Assembly: GCA_035221665.1 (NCBI GenBank)
Contig: CM069135.1
Location: 76,694,001-76,758,000 of the forward strand
Source: Okamejei kenojei
Lineage: Eukaryota
Direction: 5' to 3'
DNA length: 64,000 nt
How positions within the stretch are numbered: position 1 is the first letter of the stretch; the number at the start of each line of letters is the position of its first letter. Positions 63,495 to 64,000 of this stretch are shown one piece after another. Both the position numbers and the translations under genes were made by a program. Below the pieces are notes generated by a model, which had not been told where the DNA came from, ran no database searches, and saw nothing but the letters and a program-made list of their open reading frames with translations.

Positions 63495-64000
63495 TAGATT
63501 AGATTAGATTCTTTATTTGTCATTCAGACCTTTCGGTCTGAACGAAATTTCGTTCCCCTGCAGTCATACATATTTTTTTTTTAAATGACAGAACATACAA
63601 TAAACACAAATTTAACATCCACCACAGTGAGTTCACCAAACACCTCCTCACTGTGATGGAAGGCAAAGTCTTAAAGTCTCTGTCTCTTCCCTCTTTGTTT
63701 CCCTCTGCGCCGAGGCGATCCAGGCTTCAGATGTTGTGACCCCACCGGGTAGGATGGTAAGTAAGTCAGCCCCGCGGTTCAACCGAGTCCTGCGAATGGG
63801 CCGGTTCAACTCCACGGCCCGGGGTGGTCGGAGCTGCCGCCCTCCAGACCAGCGGACGAAGCTGTTGTTGCGGGAGCTCGTAAAAGCAGGTCACCAACCT
63901 GTGAGCTGCGAGCTCCCGACGATGTCGTCCACTGGGCCCGCGGCCAATTCCACGTGGTCGCGGTTGGGCCGTTGCCACTGCCGCCGCCACCGCTTCGGGA
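63495..64000 (-). mobile_element. GC-rich LINE-tailed retroelement, runs off the window
   Basis: (ttaga)n tail, tttatttgtcattcag..gaaatttcgtt, cctcactgtgatggaaggc box. Confidence 0.65.

Noticed and set aside
1-64000. CRISPR arrays, operons or other prokaryotic systems
   Set aside because: Sequence is clearly vertebrate intronic/intergenic DNA; no regularly spaced repeat-spacer array.

Overview
Eukaryotic, repeat-rich vertebrate DNA, most likely a cartilaginous fish (skate/ray type; inferred from the HE1-like SINE, CR1 and Penelope repertoire). The only host gene I can support is the 5' part of CEP85L on the + strand: coding exon 1 (19599-19659, MWGRVISDHKNGFTICRRQA) and exon 2 (42507-42668, containing SDSGDTGIGTSSSDSIE), joined in phase 1. 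The rest of the window is upstream or intronic and packed with CR1, Rex1-like and other LINE fragments, tRNA-derived SINEs, Penelope derivatives, a Tc1 element, an internally deleted hAT, MITEs and a 163-nt N gap. Most notable: (1) a ~6.8 kb TIR-bounded, Pack-type DNA transposon (11400-18203) inside a SINE that carries what looks like a captured first exon of the DNA-repair gene TDP2 (UBA-like domain plus a decayed splice donor); (2) a family of tiny Penelope-derived fold-back insertions with hammerhead-ribozyme cores and 10-14 nt target-site duplications; (3) a well-preserved LINE unlike the resident CR1s and a DD34E Tc1, both candidates for horizontal transfer. All homologies were recognised by eye and from memory; no database searches were run, and repeat boundaries are approximate unless a TSD is given.
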